Origin: an uncultured Actinomycetes bacterium
GTDB taxonomy: Bacteria; Actinomycetota; UBA4738; HRBIN12
Direction: 5' to 3'
DNA: 64,000 nucleotides
NCBI GenBank assembly: GCA_963704725.1
Contig: OY969934.1
Coordinates: 2,592,001-2,656,000 of the forward strand
Part shown: piece by piece, positions 21,189-34,167 of the stretch
How the letters are laid out: every line of letters starts with the position of its first letter
Numbering within the stretch: position 1 is the first letter of the stretch
Position numbers and translations under genes: made by a program
Notes under the pieces: generated by a model
What the model saw: only the letters and a program-made list of their open reading frames with translations
The model's database searches: none
What the model was told of the DNA's origin: nothing

Positions 21189-22160
21189 ATGCGGAAACAC
21201 CGCAGGCTCGTCCTCGGGGCGGCCCTGCTCGCGACGGCACTCGTGCTGGCCGCGTGCGGGTCGGGTGAGGACGGAGGAGCGACCGGCTCGACCGGCGACG
21301 GCGGGACCACCGCCGCCACGGGCGCGACCGGCGCCACACAACCCGAACGGGGGACGATCATCGTCGGGGTCTCGGGCGCGTTCCCCGAGAACCAGGTGGT
21401 CGCCGAGATGTACGCCCAGGTGCTCGAGAACGCGGGTTACACCGTCGAGCGCCAGCTGGACCTGGGGACGAGGGAGATCTCGGACCAGGCGCTGTTCAGC
21501 GGCGACATCGACCTGAAGCCCGAGTACCTCGGGTTCGAGCTGCCGGCGCTCGATCCCGAAGCCGACACGACCGGCGCCGCGGACGAGATCGAACAGCTCC
21601 TCACGCCGCTCTACGCGGACAAGGGCGTGGACGTGCTCGACTTCTCACCGGCCAACAGCACGAACGCGTTCGTCGTGACGCCCGAGACGGCCGACCAGTA
21701 CGGCCTGTCGACGGTGAGCGACCTCGCGCCCGTGGCGGCCGACCTGACGCTGGGCGGTCCACCCGAGTGCCCGGACCGTCCGTTCTGCATCGTCGGGCTG
21801 AAGGACGTCTACGGGGTCGAGTTCGGCGACTTCAAGCCGCTCGACTTCGGCGGTCCGCAGACCGTGGCGGCGCTCGAGGCCGGGGCGATCGACGTCGCGC
21901 TGCTGTTCTCGCTCGACCCCACGATCAGCGACAAGGGGTGGATCTCGCTGGAGGACGACAAAGACCTCCAGGCGGCCGGCAACTTCGTCGGTGTGATCCG
22001 CTCGGACGCGAACAACGAGGAGATCACCGGCCTGGTCAACGGCGTCACGACCTCGCTCACGACCGACGGCATGCTCGACCTGGTCAGGCGGATCGCCATC
22101 GACGGTGAGGACACGGCCGCCGTGGCGACCGACTACCTCACCCAGCAGGGACTGCTCTGA
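21189..22160 (+). CDS. Glycine betaine/choline-type ABC substrate-binding lipoprotein
   Basis: Lipobox LAAC; FPENQVVAEMYAQVLE; ECPDRPFCIVGLKDVYG. Confidence 0.88.
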   Translation: MRKHRRLVLGAALLATALVLAACGSGEDGGATGSTGDGGTTAATGATGATQPERGTIIVGVSGAFPENQVVAEMYAQVLENAGYTVERQLDLGTREISDQALFSGDIDLKPEYLGFELPALDPEADTTGAADEIEQLLTPLYADKGVDVLDFSPANSTNAFVVTPETADQYGLSTVSDLAPVAADLTLGGPPECPDRPFCIVGLKDVYGVEFGDFKPLDFGGPQTVAALEAGAIDVALLFSLDPTISDKGWISLEDDKDLQAAGNFVGVIRSDANNEEITGLVNGVTTSLTTDGMLDLVRRIAIDGEDTAAVATDYLTQQGLL

Positions 22161-22202
22161 CGCTGCGGCTCCCGGGGGCGGGTCCCCCCGCTCCCGGGAC
22201 CG

Positions 22203-22802
22203 CTACCCCTGCCGGCCCAACCTTGCCAGGAGCTTCGTCTGGGCGCTCGCGCCGGGCGCCACCTCGAGCACCGGGCCGAGGGCGCCCGCGGCCCGCCACG
22301 GCCCCTCGAACGGCTCGAACGCCTCCTCGCACGCCTCCACCAGCTCCTCGGGGAGGTCCTCGTCCGCGCCGAGGGCGCGGGCCAGGTCCCACGCGTGACA
22401 GAACACGTCCACGAACCGCTCCTGCGCGTACAGCCTCGCCGGCACGTCGCCCCAGGACAGGTTCACGAGGCGGTCCAGCGCCCCGGCCTGCTCGAACGCG
22501 TCGCACGCCGCCCCCGCGGCCGAGCGCCACGCCGCCGCGGGGTCGTCGCCGAGCAGGTCGCCGTCGAACCGGTCCCCCACCTGCGCGATCGTCTCTCCGG
22601 CCACGAGCGGCGGGACCCACGCGTGGCCGGAGACCATGTGCTCCAGCAGCGCGCGGACCTCCCATTCCGTGCACGGCGTCGGGAGCGCCAGGTTCTCCTC
22701 GCGCACCCGGGCCACGACGGGCTCCGACCACTCGACCGTTCGTCGATGCGCCTGCGTCAGCTCCACCTTCGGGTCCCCCTCGTCGGTCGCGGCCCGCATC
22801 AT
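22203..22802 (-). CDS. TIGR03086-like (DinB/MDMPI superfamily) metal-binding protein
   Basis: PTPCTEWEVRALLEHM, HAWDLARA, LLARLGR. Confidence 0.82.
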   Translation of the reverse strand: MMRAATDEGDPKVELTQAHRRTVEWSEPVVARVREENLALPTPCTEWEVRALLEHMVSGHAWVPPLVAGETIAQVGDRFDGDLLGDDPAAAWRSAAGAACDAFEQAGALDRLVNLSWGDVPARLYAQERFVDVFCHAWDLARALGADEDLPEELVEACEEAFEPFEGPWRAAGALGPVLEVAPGASAQTKLLARLGRQG

Positions 22803-24391
22803 GACGTCTCGGACCGAACATCGCCGAACGCGTCCGGCGAAGCGGCGGCGGGCACGGCGACCCGGTTGCGGATCCCCGCGCCGCTGACGGCGGCGCCCGC
22901 GAGCAACAGGCCCGCCGCGATCGTCATCGCCAGGTGGAACGCGTCCGTCGAGGACTCGCGGACGGCCCGGCGCAGCTCGGACGACGCGCCGTCGGGGGCG
23001 GGGTTCAGCGGTGCGATCTCCGTGCGGGTCGACTCGTCGATCGGCACGCGCTGCCCGACCCCGGAGACGAAGCTCGCGGCCACCGCGATGAAGATCACCG
23101 CACCGGCGAGCTGCGGACCAACCCGGGAGACCGCGTTGTTGATGGCCGAGCCGACACCGGCGTTGCGGGTCGGGATCGACGTCATCACGGCGGTGGTGAG
23201 CGGCGCCACCATGAGCGTCAGCCCCGCCCCGAACACCAGGAGGGCCGGCAGCACGTCGATCAGGTAGCTCGTGGGCGGCACCCAGCTGCCGGGATCGCCC
23301 GCGTGGAGCCTCCACGCCGTGGCGTCGACCGGCGCTCGAGCGAACCACAGGATGCCGAGCGCCATGACGGCCGGGCCGACGGTCATGAACAGCCGCGGCC
23401 CGACCCGGGCGGCCAGGCCGCCCATCCTGGACGAGAACACCGCGAGGAGCGCGCTCGCCGGAACCCCCGCCACGCCCGCCGCCCCGGCGGTGTAGCCGAT
23501 CGTGCCCTGCAGGAACAGGCCGAGGTAGTAGAACGACACGTACAGCGACCCGTAGATCAACACGGTCGAGACGTTGGCCACGGCGAAGTTCCGCGACCGG
23601 AAGAGGTCCAGCGGCACGAGCGGGTTCGGCGACCGCCGCTCCAGGAACGGGAACGCCACGGACGCCGCGGCCCCGACGCCGAGCGCGACGAACGGCACCG
23701 CGCTGGACCACTCGGTCTGCTGCCCGCGGATCGCGCCGAACGCGAGGCCCCCGACGCCGAGCGCGATGGCGGCCGCTCCCAGCCAGTCGAACCCCCGCGC
23801 GGCCGACTCGTCCCGGGACTCCTCGACGTGGCGCAGCGTCGCGTACAGGCCGAACGCGACGAGCGGCAGGTTGATCAGGAAGATCGAGCGCCACGACAGC
23901 GCGTCGACGAAGATCCCACCCACGAGCGGCCCGAATATCGTGGTCGCCGCCGACGCCCCCGCCCAGATCCCGTAGGCGCGGCCCTGCGACTCCCCCTGGA
24001 ACGTGGCATTGATGAGCGCGAGCGATCCCGGGACGAGCATCGCGCCGGCCGCCCCCTGGAGCACGCGGAAGGCGATCAGGAACTCCATCGTCGGCGCGAT
24101 GGCGCACAGCAGCGACGTCGCGCCGAACGATGCGAGCCCGAGCGCGAACAGCCGGCGCCGCCCGTACCGGTCCGCCAGCGCTCCGGCCAGGATGAGCAGC
24201 GAGGACAGCGAGAGCAGGTACGCGTTGTAGACGTACGACTGCGCCTCGAGGACGCCGAGGAATCGGCTCGGCAGCTCCTGCCCGATCCGGGGCAGGGCCA
24301 CGTTCACCACGGTCGAGTCGAGGAAGACGACGCCGGAGCCCAGGACGACGGCGACCATCGTCCAGCGCTCCCGGGTCGCGCGCTCGTTCAC
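22799..24391 (-). CDS. MFS efflux transporter (DHA2-like)
   Basis: FLDSTVVNVALPRI, GALADRYGRRR, many TMs. Confidence 0.9.
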   Translation of the reverse strand: MNERATRERWTMVAVVLGSGVVFLDSTVVNVALPRIGQELPSRFLGVLEAQSYVYNAYLLSLSSLLILAGALADRYGRRRLFALGLASFGATSLLCAIAPTMEFLIAFRVLQGAAGAMLVPGSLALINATFQGESQGRAYGIWAGASAATTIFGPLVGGIFVDALSWRSIFLINLPLVAFGLYATLRHVEESRDESAARGFDWLGAAAIALGVGGLAFGAIRGQQTEWSSAVPFVALGVGAAASVAFPFLERRSPNPLVPLDLFRSRNFAVANVSTVLIYGSLYVSFYYLGLFLQGTIGYTAGAAGVAGVPASALLAVFSSRMGGLAARVGPRLFMTVGPAVMALGILWFARAPVDATAWRLHAGDPGSWVPPTSYLIDVLPALLVFGAGLTLMVAPLTTAVMTSIPTRNAGVGSAINNAVSRVGPQLAGAVIFIAVAASFVSGVGQRVPIDESTRTEIAPLNPAPDGASSELRRAVRESSTDAFHLAMTIAAGLLLAGAAVSGAGIRNRVAVPAAASPDAFGDVRSETS

Positions 24392-24393
24392 GA

Positions 24394-25770
24394 TCAGAGC
24401 CCGTACCCCTCGAGAAGCCGGAGCCACACCTCGCTCACGGTGGGGAACGCCGGCACGGCATGCCACAGCCGGTCGAGCGGGACCTCGCCGACGACAGCGA
24501 TCGTCGCCGCGTGGACGAGCTCCTGGACGTCGGGGCCGGTGAAGGTCGCGCCCACGATCACGCGGCGGTCCTCGTCGACCAGGATCTGGCTCGTCCCCGA
24601 GATGCCGTTCCCGCGCGTGTACGCGCCCGCGACGTCGCCGGTCCCGTACCGCACGGCGCGCACCGTGAGGCCGCGGTCGCGCGCCTCCGCCTCGATGGGC
24701 CCCACCGCCGCGACCTGGGGGTCGGTGAACGTGACCCGGGGGATGGCCCGGAGGTCGGCCACGTCCCGAACGTCCTTGCCGGCGATCACGTCGCCGACGA
24801 GGCGCCCCTGGTACTTCCCCATGTGAGTGAGGAGCGCCAACCCGCTCACGTCGCCGACCGCGTACAGCCAGTCGCCGTCCACGCCGCGAACGCGGAGCCG
24901 GTCGTCCACATCGACGCGCTCGAGACCTACGGTCTCCAGACCGACGTCGGAGGTGTTCGGACGCCGCCCCACCGCCACCAGGAGCTCGTCGCCGGCCACC
25001 GCCGTGCCGTCCCCGAGCGCCACGACGACCTCGCGATCGTCGTGGCGACGGACCGAGATCGCCTTCGTCCCGGTGAGGACGCGGATGCCCTCGGCCTCGA
25101 AGGCCGCTCGGAGCTCCTCGCCGGCGAAGGGCTCCTCGCGCCCGAGGAGCCGCGTCGCGCCCTCGACGACGGTCACCTCCTCGGAGCCGAGACGGCGGAA
25201 GGCCTGCGCGAGCTCGACCCCGATCGCCCCGCCGCCGAGGACGACGAACCGCCGCGGGATCGCCTTGGCCGACGTCGCGTCCCGGTTGTCCCACGCGCCG
25301 GCCTCGGACAGACCGTCGATGGGCGGGACGACCGAGGACGACCCGTTCGCGAGCACGACCGCCCGTCGCGCCGACAGGCGCCTGGTGACGTCTCCCGACT
25401 CGACCTCGACGATCCGTGCCCCGGCCAGGCGCCCGTGACCCCGCACGAGCTCGATCCCCTTCTCGTCGAGCCACGGTGTCTGCGTCCGGTCGCTCCACGA
25501 GCTCGTCATGTAGTCGCGCTGGGCCAGCGCCGCCTCCACGTCGATCGATCCCGTGACGGCCTCGGCCGCGCCGGGCACGCGCCGGGCCGCCGCGAGCACG
25601 TCGCCGGGCCGGATCATCGTCTTGCTGGGGATACACCCGTAGAACGAGCACTCGCCGCCGACGAGCCGCTCCTCGACGATCGCGGCCGACAGGCCGTTGT
25701 CCACGGCCCGACCCGCGGCGTTCTCTCCCGGCGGTCCTGCGCCGATCACGATGACGTCGAACTCGTCCAC
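24394..25770 (-). CDS. Pyridine nucleotide-disulfide oxidoreductase (dihydrolipoamide dehydrogenase family)
   Basis: VIGAGPPG, GGECSFYGCIPSK, GGGAIGVE, C-terminal AFPTVSE. Confidence 0.88.
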   Translation of the reverse strand: MDEFDVIVIGAGPPGENAAGRAVDNGLSAAIVEERLVGGECSFYGCIPSKTMIRPGDVLAAARRVPGAAEAVTGSIDVEAALAQRDYMTSSWSDRTQTPWLDEKGIELVRGHGRLAGARIVEVESGDVTRRLSARRAVVLANGSSSVVPPIDGLSEAGAWDNRDATSAKAIPRRFVVLGGGAIGVELAQAFRRLGSEEVTVVEGATRLLGREEPFAGEELRAAFEAEGIRVLTGTKAISVRRHDDREVVVALGDGTAVAGDELLVAVGRRPNTSDVGLETVGLERVDVDDRLRVRGVDGDWLYAVGDVSGLALLTHMGKYQGRLVGDVIAGKDVRDVADLRAIPRVTFTDPQVAAVGPIEAEARDRGLTVRAVRYGTGDVAGAYTRGNGISGTSQILVDEDRRVIVGATFTGPDVQELVHAATIAVVGEVPLDRLWHAVPAFPTVSEVWLRLLEGYGL

Positions 25771-25970
25771 GGAGCCTCCTCCCGCTCGCTGTGAGGAACA
25801 CCTCGTCGCCGTGCCCGATTCCCCCGGGCCTCGTTCAGACGATCCCGGCACACAGGCGCAAGCTCGGCATCCTACGAGCGGTGGCGATGGAGCGGGGCCC
25901 GGACGAGGAGACGGCGCGGGCTACGCGGGGAGGCCCGGACCGTGCGCGAACGCGCCGAGCGTGATGGCCG

Positions 25971-26666
25971 TCAACTGATCTCGATCATCTTCTCGCGAAC
26001 GGCGTAGACGACCGCCTCCATCCGCGAGTGCAGGTGGAGCTTCTCCAGGATGTTCCGGATGTGGTTCTTCACGGTGTTCTCGGAGATGTAGAGCTGCCGG
26101 GCGATGTCGCGGTTGTTGAGGCCCTGGGCCACGAGCCCCAGCACCTCCATCTCGCGGTCGGTGAGCTTGGGGGCCGGCATCTGGGGCTTCTCCCCCGAAG
26201 CCTTGCTGATGGCAGCGAACTCGGTGAGGAGCTTGCTCGCCATCGAGGGACTGATCCTGGACTGGCCGGCCCACACCGAGCGGATCGCGTCGGCGACCTC
26301 CTCGATGGGGATCTCCTTCAGCAGGTAGCCCGATGCCCCGGCCTTGATCGCCTCGTAGAGGTCGGCCTCCTCGTCCGAGATCGTGAGCATGAGGATCTTC
26401 ACGTGCGGGAGCACGTCCTTGATCTCGGTGGCGGCCTCGATCCCGGACCGCTTCGGCATCCGGACGTCCATGAGGATCACGTCCGGCATGAGCTCCTGGG
26501 CGCGCTCGACGACCTCGACGCCGTCGGACGCCTCGCCCACCAGCTCGAGGTCCTCCTCCTGGTCCAGAACCATCTGCAGGCCACGCCGGAACAGGGCGTG
26601 GTCGTCGCAGACCAGGACACGGAGTCGCTCGGCCTGCTCGGGTCGTTCGGACGTCTCGTCGCTCAC
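25971..26666 (-). CDS. NarL/LuxR-family response regulator
   Basis: DDHALFR, LMDVRMP, LTDREMEVL...ISENTVKNHIRNILEKL. Confidence 0.93.
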   Translation of the reverse strand: MSDETSERPEQAERLRVLVCDDHALFRRGLQMVLDQEEDLELVGEASDGVEVVERAQELMPDVILMDVRMPKRSGIEAATEIKDVLPHVKILMLTISDEEADLYEAIKAGASGYLLKEIPIEEVADAIRSVWAGQSRISPSMASKLLTEFAAISKASGEKPQMPAPKLTDREMEVLGLVAQGLNNRDIARQLYISENTVKNHIRNILEKLHLHSRMEAVVYAVREKMIEIS

Positions 26667-26670
26667 GCGC

Positions 26671-27066
26671 TCACCCGTCTTCCGCCTCCGGCTCTGTCGC
26701 CGGCTCCTCGCCCGTCCGCTCCGGGGCCGCTTGTGCCGATTTTACGCGACTGGCCCCCGCGATCAGTCGGGTGCGGCGCTTCTCGTGGTGGTCACGGATC
26801 TGCCGCTCGAGCTTCTCGGCGACCAGGTCGAGGGCGGATTCCACCTCGGAGGCGTCGGCGCTGGCCCGGAAGGTCTTTCGCGGCGTGTCGGCCACCGCCT
26901 CCACCCGGCGCGCGCCGCCCTGCCGCGGGTTCTTCTCCGAGATCACCTCGACCTCGAGACGTGTCAGCTTGGGGTCCATCCGTTCCAGGCGCGCCAGCTT
27001 GCGCTCGGCGGTCGCGCGGAGCTGATCGGTGATGCGGGTGCCGCGCCCGATGAGATGCAGATCCAT
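26671..27066 (-). CDS. raiA: Ribosome hibernation factor RaiA/HPF (short form)
   Basis: ITDQLRATAERKLARL...ALDLVAEKLERQIR; RBS GGGAGG; located in the comF-secA neighbourhood. Confidence 0.85.
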   Translation of the reverse strand: MDLHLIGRGTRITDQLRATAERKLARLERMDPKLTRLEVEVISEKNPRQGGARRVEAVADTPRKTFRASADASEVESALDLVAEKLERQIRDHHEKRRTRLIAGASRVKSAQAAPERTGEEPATEPEAEDG

Positions 27067-27108
27067 GCCGTCCTCCCTCGTGGCGAGCCGCCATCCGGCC
27101 GAGGCGAG

Positions 27109-27347
27109 GGGCTCGCGTCCGGCTGACCTGGTCTTTGCCCCCACACCCGCCTGCCGGGGTGATCGACGGTCATCGACCGGCTTCGCACCCTCTCCCGGCG
27201 AGGTCGCCCCCGCCGAGGCAGGACTGACATCTAAACCGCGCCATGCTCACCGACCAACTGTCGGCTTACGTGGGTCGCTTCGCCCGCGGCTGGCCTCGAC
27301 TACCGGGGAGCGATTCCCCGGGCAACCACAGACCCGGACGCGAGCCC
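27109..27347 (-). ncRNA. raiA motif structured RNA
   Basis: Closing stem GGGCTCGCGTCCGG/CCGGACGCGAGCCC. Internal blocks GGTCTGTGGTTG, AGTCGAGGCCAG, CCCACGTAAG, GAGCATGGCGCGGTTTAGATGTCAGTCCTGCC and GTGTGGGGCAAAGACCAGGTCAG match the raiA motif as I recall it. Lies between comF and raiA. Confidence 0.88.
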
Positions 27348-28033
27348 GAGGTCGAGTATAGGGCCGCCATCGCGCCGGACGCCGCACGCGCCGCCGTGAG
27401 CACGGACACCTCGCGCGCGCCCGAGGCCAGCAGCGCCTCGGCGCAGGCCGCCGCCGTGGCCCCCGTCGTGAGCACGTCGTCCACGAGCAGCACCCGACCC
27501 GGCGGCGTGCCCAGCGCCGTGAAGCGGCCGCGCATGGCCAGCCGCCGCTGCTCACCCGAACGGCGAGCCTGTGGGCCGGCGTCGGAGACCCGCCGGAGCA
27601 GCGGCACGAGCGGGACGTCCAGCCGCCGCCCCACCACACGGGCCAGCGCCTGCGCCTGGTCGAACCCCCGGCTCGCTCGCCGCCGGCGCGAGAGCGGCAC
27701 CCACGTCACCGCCTGGGCCGGCAGCTCCCACGAGGCAGCCATAGCGTCCCCGAGCGCCTCCGCGACCGGCCGCCACCCGGCGAACTTCAGCCGGTGGACC
27801 GCGGCCCGGGCCGGCCCGTCGAACAGGAACGCCGCCCGGGCATGCAGCAGGGATCGAGGCGGGCAGTGGGGGCACTCGGCGACGTCCCGCCGGGCCGGCG
27901 CTCCGCATCGCTCGCACCACGGCGCCGACAGGGGGACGAGGTCCGACCGGCACCCCCGGCAGAACGGCCACGGCCCGGATCCGCAGCCCGCGCACCGCCT
28001 GGGGAACAACGCATCCAGGAGCGCGGCGAGCAC
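27266..28033 (-). CDS. comF: ComF family phosphoribosyltransferase
   Basis: Double zinc ribbon (CAGC, CRGC, CERC, CPHC), RGFDQA, LLVDDVLTTGAT. Confidence 0.9.
   Translation of the reverse strand: MLAALLDALFPRRCAGCGSGPWPFCRGCRSDLVPLSAPWCERCGAPARRDVAECPHCPPRSLLHARAAFLFDGPARAAVHRLKFAGWRPVAEALGDAMAASWELPAQAVTWVPLSRRRRASRGFDQAQALARVVGRRLDVPLVPLLRRVSDAGPQARRSGEQRRLAMRGRFTALGTPPGRVLLVDDVLTTGATAAACAEALLASGAREVSVLTAARAASGAMAALYSTSGSRPGLWLPGESLPGSRGQPRAKRPT
27355..27360 (-). promoter_or_regulatory. Probable -10 box (TATACT) for the raiA motif RNA
   Basis: TATACT 7 nt upstream of the RNA closing stem, inside comF. Confidence 0.6.
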
Positions 28034-28068
28034 CCGACGGACCCTAGCGCGCCCCACCGACGCGCCGA

Positions 28069-31928
<3,860 letters not shown>

Positions 31929-31932
<4 letters not shown>

Positions 31933-32117
31933 CGGCGCTTTCGTCCCTGCGGCGGCTTCTCGGCCTCGTCGATCAGCATCACCGGGATCCCGTCCCGGAT
32001 CGGGTACCGATACCCGCACGACCGGCAGGCCAGGATCTGCTCCGCCTCGAGGTAGTCGAGCTCCCCGCGATCGTTCGGGCAGACGAGGATCTCGAGCAGC
32101 TCGGGATCGAGACTCAC
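31929..32117 (-). CDS. Trm112 family protein
   Basis: LDPELLEILVCP...C..C..RYPIRDGIPVMLIDEA. Confidence 0.92.
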
Positions 32118-33478
32118 GCTCCCCCTCCTTCGCTCCGGATCAGGCCGAGGACCCGATCCGTCTCGGTCCGCAGGAGCTCCTCGGTCCTGGCCTCCACGTT
32201 CAGGCGCAGCAGCGGCTCCGTGTTGCTCGGCCGCACGTTGAACCACCAGTCGTCGAACTCTACCGTCAGCCCGTCCGTGCGATCCTGGCGGCCGTCCGCG
32301 AACGTGGCGGCGATCTCCTCGATCTTGCCCGCCTGGTCCTCGACGCGGCTGTTGATCTCGCCGGAGGCCGCGTACCGCCGGTACGGCGCGAGGACCTCGG
32401 ACAGCGGTTGCTCGCGGATCGAGAGTCGCTCGAGCACCATGAGCGCCGCGATCAGACCCGAATCCGCCCGGTAGTTGTCACGGAAGTAGTAATGGCCGGA
32501 GTGCTCCCCCCCGAAGGCCGCGCCCGTCTCCGCCATGATCTGCTTGATGTAGGAGTGGCCGACGCGCGTCCGTACGGGCGTGCCACCGTGCTCCCGGATC
32601 ACCTCCGGCACGGTCCACGAACAGATCAGGTTGTACACGATCGGCGCACCGGGATGACGCTCGAGCATGGCCTCCGCCACCAGCGCCGTCACGAGCGATC
32701 CGCTCACGCCGTCGGCCCTCTCGTCGACGAGGAAGACACGATCCGCGTCGCCGTCGAACGCGAGCCCCACGTCCGCGCCGTTCGCGAGGACCTCGCGCTT
32801 CAGGTCGACCTGGTTCTTCGGGTCGATCGGATCCGCCGGGTGGTTGGGGAAGGTCCCGTCAAGCTCGGCGAACAGGTACACCAGCCGCAGGGGCAGCCGG
32901 CTGAAGACGGCCGGGGCGACCAGCCCGCCCATGCCGTTGGCGGTGTCGGCCACCACCGTGAGCGGACGGAGGCGCTCGACGTCGACGAACGACAGGACGT
33001 GGTCGGCATAGGCGTCGAGGAGGTCGCGGCGCTCGATCCGACCGGGCGCGACGGCGGGCGAGGCCTCGTCGCGCTCGGCCCGCTCCCGGATCTTCTCGAG
33101 CCCGGTCCCCTCGGCCACGGGGGTGGCCCCCGGCAGGCAGAACTTCAGCCCGTTGTAGCGGGGCGGGTTGTGGCTCGCGGTGAGCATCACCCCCCCGACG
33201 TCGAGCGAGCCCGAGGCGAAGTACAGCAGGTCGGTGGAGGCGAGGCCGAGATCGATCACGTCGGCGCCGCGTGAGGCGATGCCCTCCCGGACGGCCGCCG
33301 ACAGCGCGGGCGAGGAGAGGCGGCAGTCGTACCCGACCGCGATCGTGCGAACCCCCGACCATTCCGCGAACGCCGCGCCGATGGCTCGGGCGGCGACCTC
33401 GTCGAGCTCGTCGGGGACGACGCCGCGGACGTCGTAGGCCTTGAAGACGGAGCTGAGATCGCGAGGGGGCACGGTCAC
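32114..33478 (-). CDS. manB: Phosphomannomutase/phosphoglucomutase
   Basis: FKAYDVRG, TASHNP, DGDADR, GEHSGH, RPSNTEP. Confidence 0.95.
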   Translation of the reverse strand: MTVPPRDLSSVFKAYDVRGVVPDELDEVAARAIGAAFAEWSGVRTIAVGYDCRLSSPALSAAVREGIASRGADVIDLGLASTDLLYFASGSLDVGGVMLTASHNPPRYNGLKFCLPGATPVAEGTGLEKIRERAERDEASPAVAPGRIERRDLLDAYADHVLSFVDVERLRPLTVVADTANGMGGLVAPAVFSRLPLRLVYLFAELDGTFPNHPADPIDPKNQVDLKREVLANGADVGLAFDGDADRVFLVDERADGVSGSLVTALVAEAMLERHPGAPIVYNLICSWTVPEVIREHGGTPVRTRVGHSYIKQIMAETGAAFGGEHSGHYYFRDNYRADSGLIAALMVLERLSIREQPLSEVLAPYRRYAASGEINSRVEDQAGKIEEIAATFADGRQDRTDGLTVEFDDWWFNVRPSNTEPLLRLNVEARTEELLRTETDRVLGLIRSEGGGA

Positions 33479-33554
33479 GGCATCCTACTGAAGCGTCGGA
33501 TGGCCGTGGGTCGAGGCAGCCGCCCGTACCCGGCGGCGCCCTCGGTGGCCGAGC

Positions 33555-33752
33555 CTAGGCCCGCTGGGCGAGCACGTTGCCGATGACCGACTGGAGCGGC
33601 ACGGCCTCCCCGTCCCGGTACCACCACTTGGCCTCGCACATGTGGCAGGTGGTGAAGGACAGGTCGCTGCCGCTGACGGTCATCGTGATGCTGATGAGAT
33701 CACCGTGGTTGCACACGGGGCAGGAGCCCTGGACGTTCGATTCCATGCCCAT
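33555..33752 (-). CDS. Small zinc-ribbon protein
   Basis: CPVC...CHMCEAKWW; clean codon usage. Confidence 0.7.
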   Translation of the reverse strand: MGMESNVQGSCPVCNHGDLISITMTVSGSDLSFTTCHMCEAKWWYRDGEAVPLQSVIGNVLAQRA

Positions 33753-33899
33753 ATCCTGGGGCACGAGGCTTCCGCGGCCCATAGCACGCCACGGTCATTT
33801 GTGGTCATCCGGTGGGGTCAGGAGGTGGGTCGGTCGGCTCGCGGCATGGGTCATCACCCCGGTCTCCGCGAGCCCGGGGGCAGGGGGAGGCCGAAGGTC

Positions 33900-34103
33900 T
33901 CAGGCCGGCAGCCGGACCTGCTCCCGAACGATCCTCCAGCCCATCGGCGCCGTCAGGCCCTCGGCGTGCTCCCGGCACAGATCCACGAGGTTGGGATCGT
34001 GCTCGGGCGTCAGCTCGCCGACGAGCACCTCGCGGTCTTCATAGCGGAGGGCGGCCGTTAGCGAGGCCAGAGAACCACATCGCGGTTTCGCACACGTGCG
34101 CAC
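33900..34103 (-). CDS. DUF3499 family protein
   Basis: RTCAKPRC...DLCREHAEGLTAPMGW. Confidence 0.88.
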   Translation of the reverse strand: MRTCAKPRCGSLASLTAALRYEDREVLVGELTPEHDPNLVDLCREHAEGLTAPMGWRIVREQVRLPA

Positions 34104-34109
34104 GCGGCG

Positions 34110-34137
34110 ATGCTAGATCACACAGGTGTGATTTCAA
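34110..34137 (-). promoter_or_regulatory. Promoter TTGAAA-N16-TAGCAT with palindrome ATCACA-N4-TGTGAT in the spacer
   Basis: Read directly from sequence; GTG start is 6 nt after the -10 box (leaderless-like). Confidence 0.55.
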
Positions 34138-34167
34138 GCCTTTCCCGATCCCGCGTGCCGGTCCCCG

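Noticed and set aside
24394-25770. Mercuric reductase MerA
   Set aside because: It lacks the C-terminal CC pair and any mer context.
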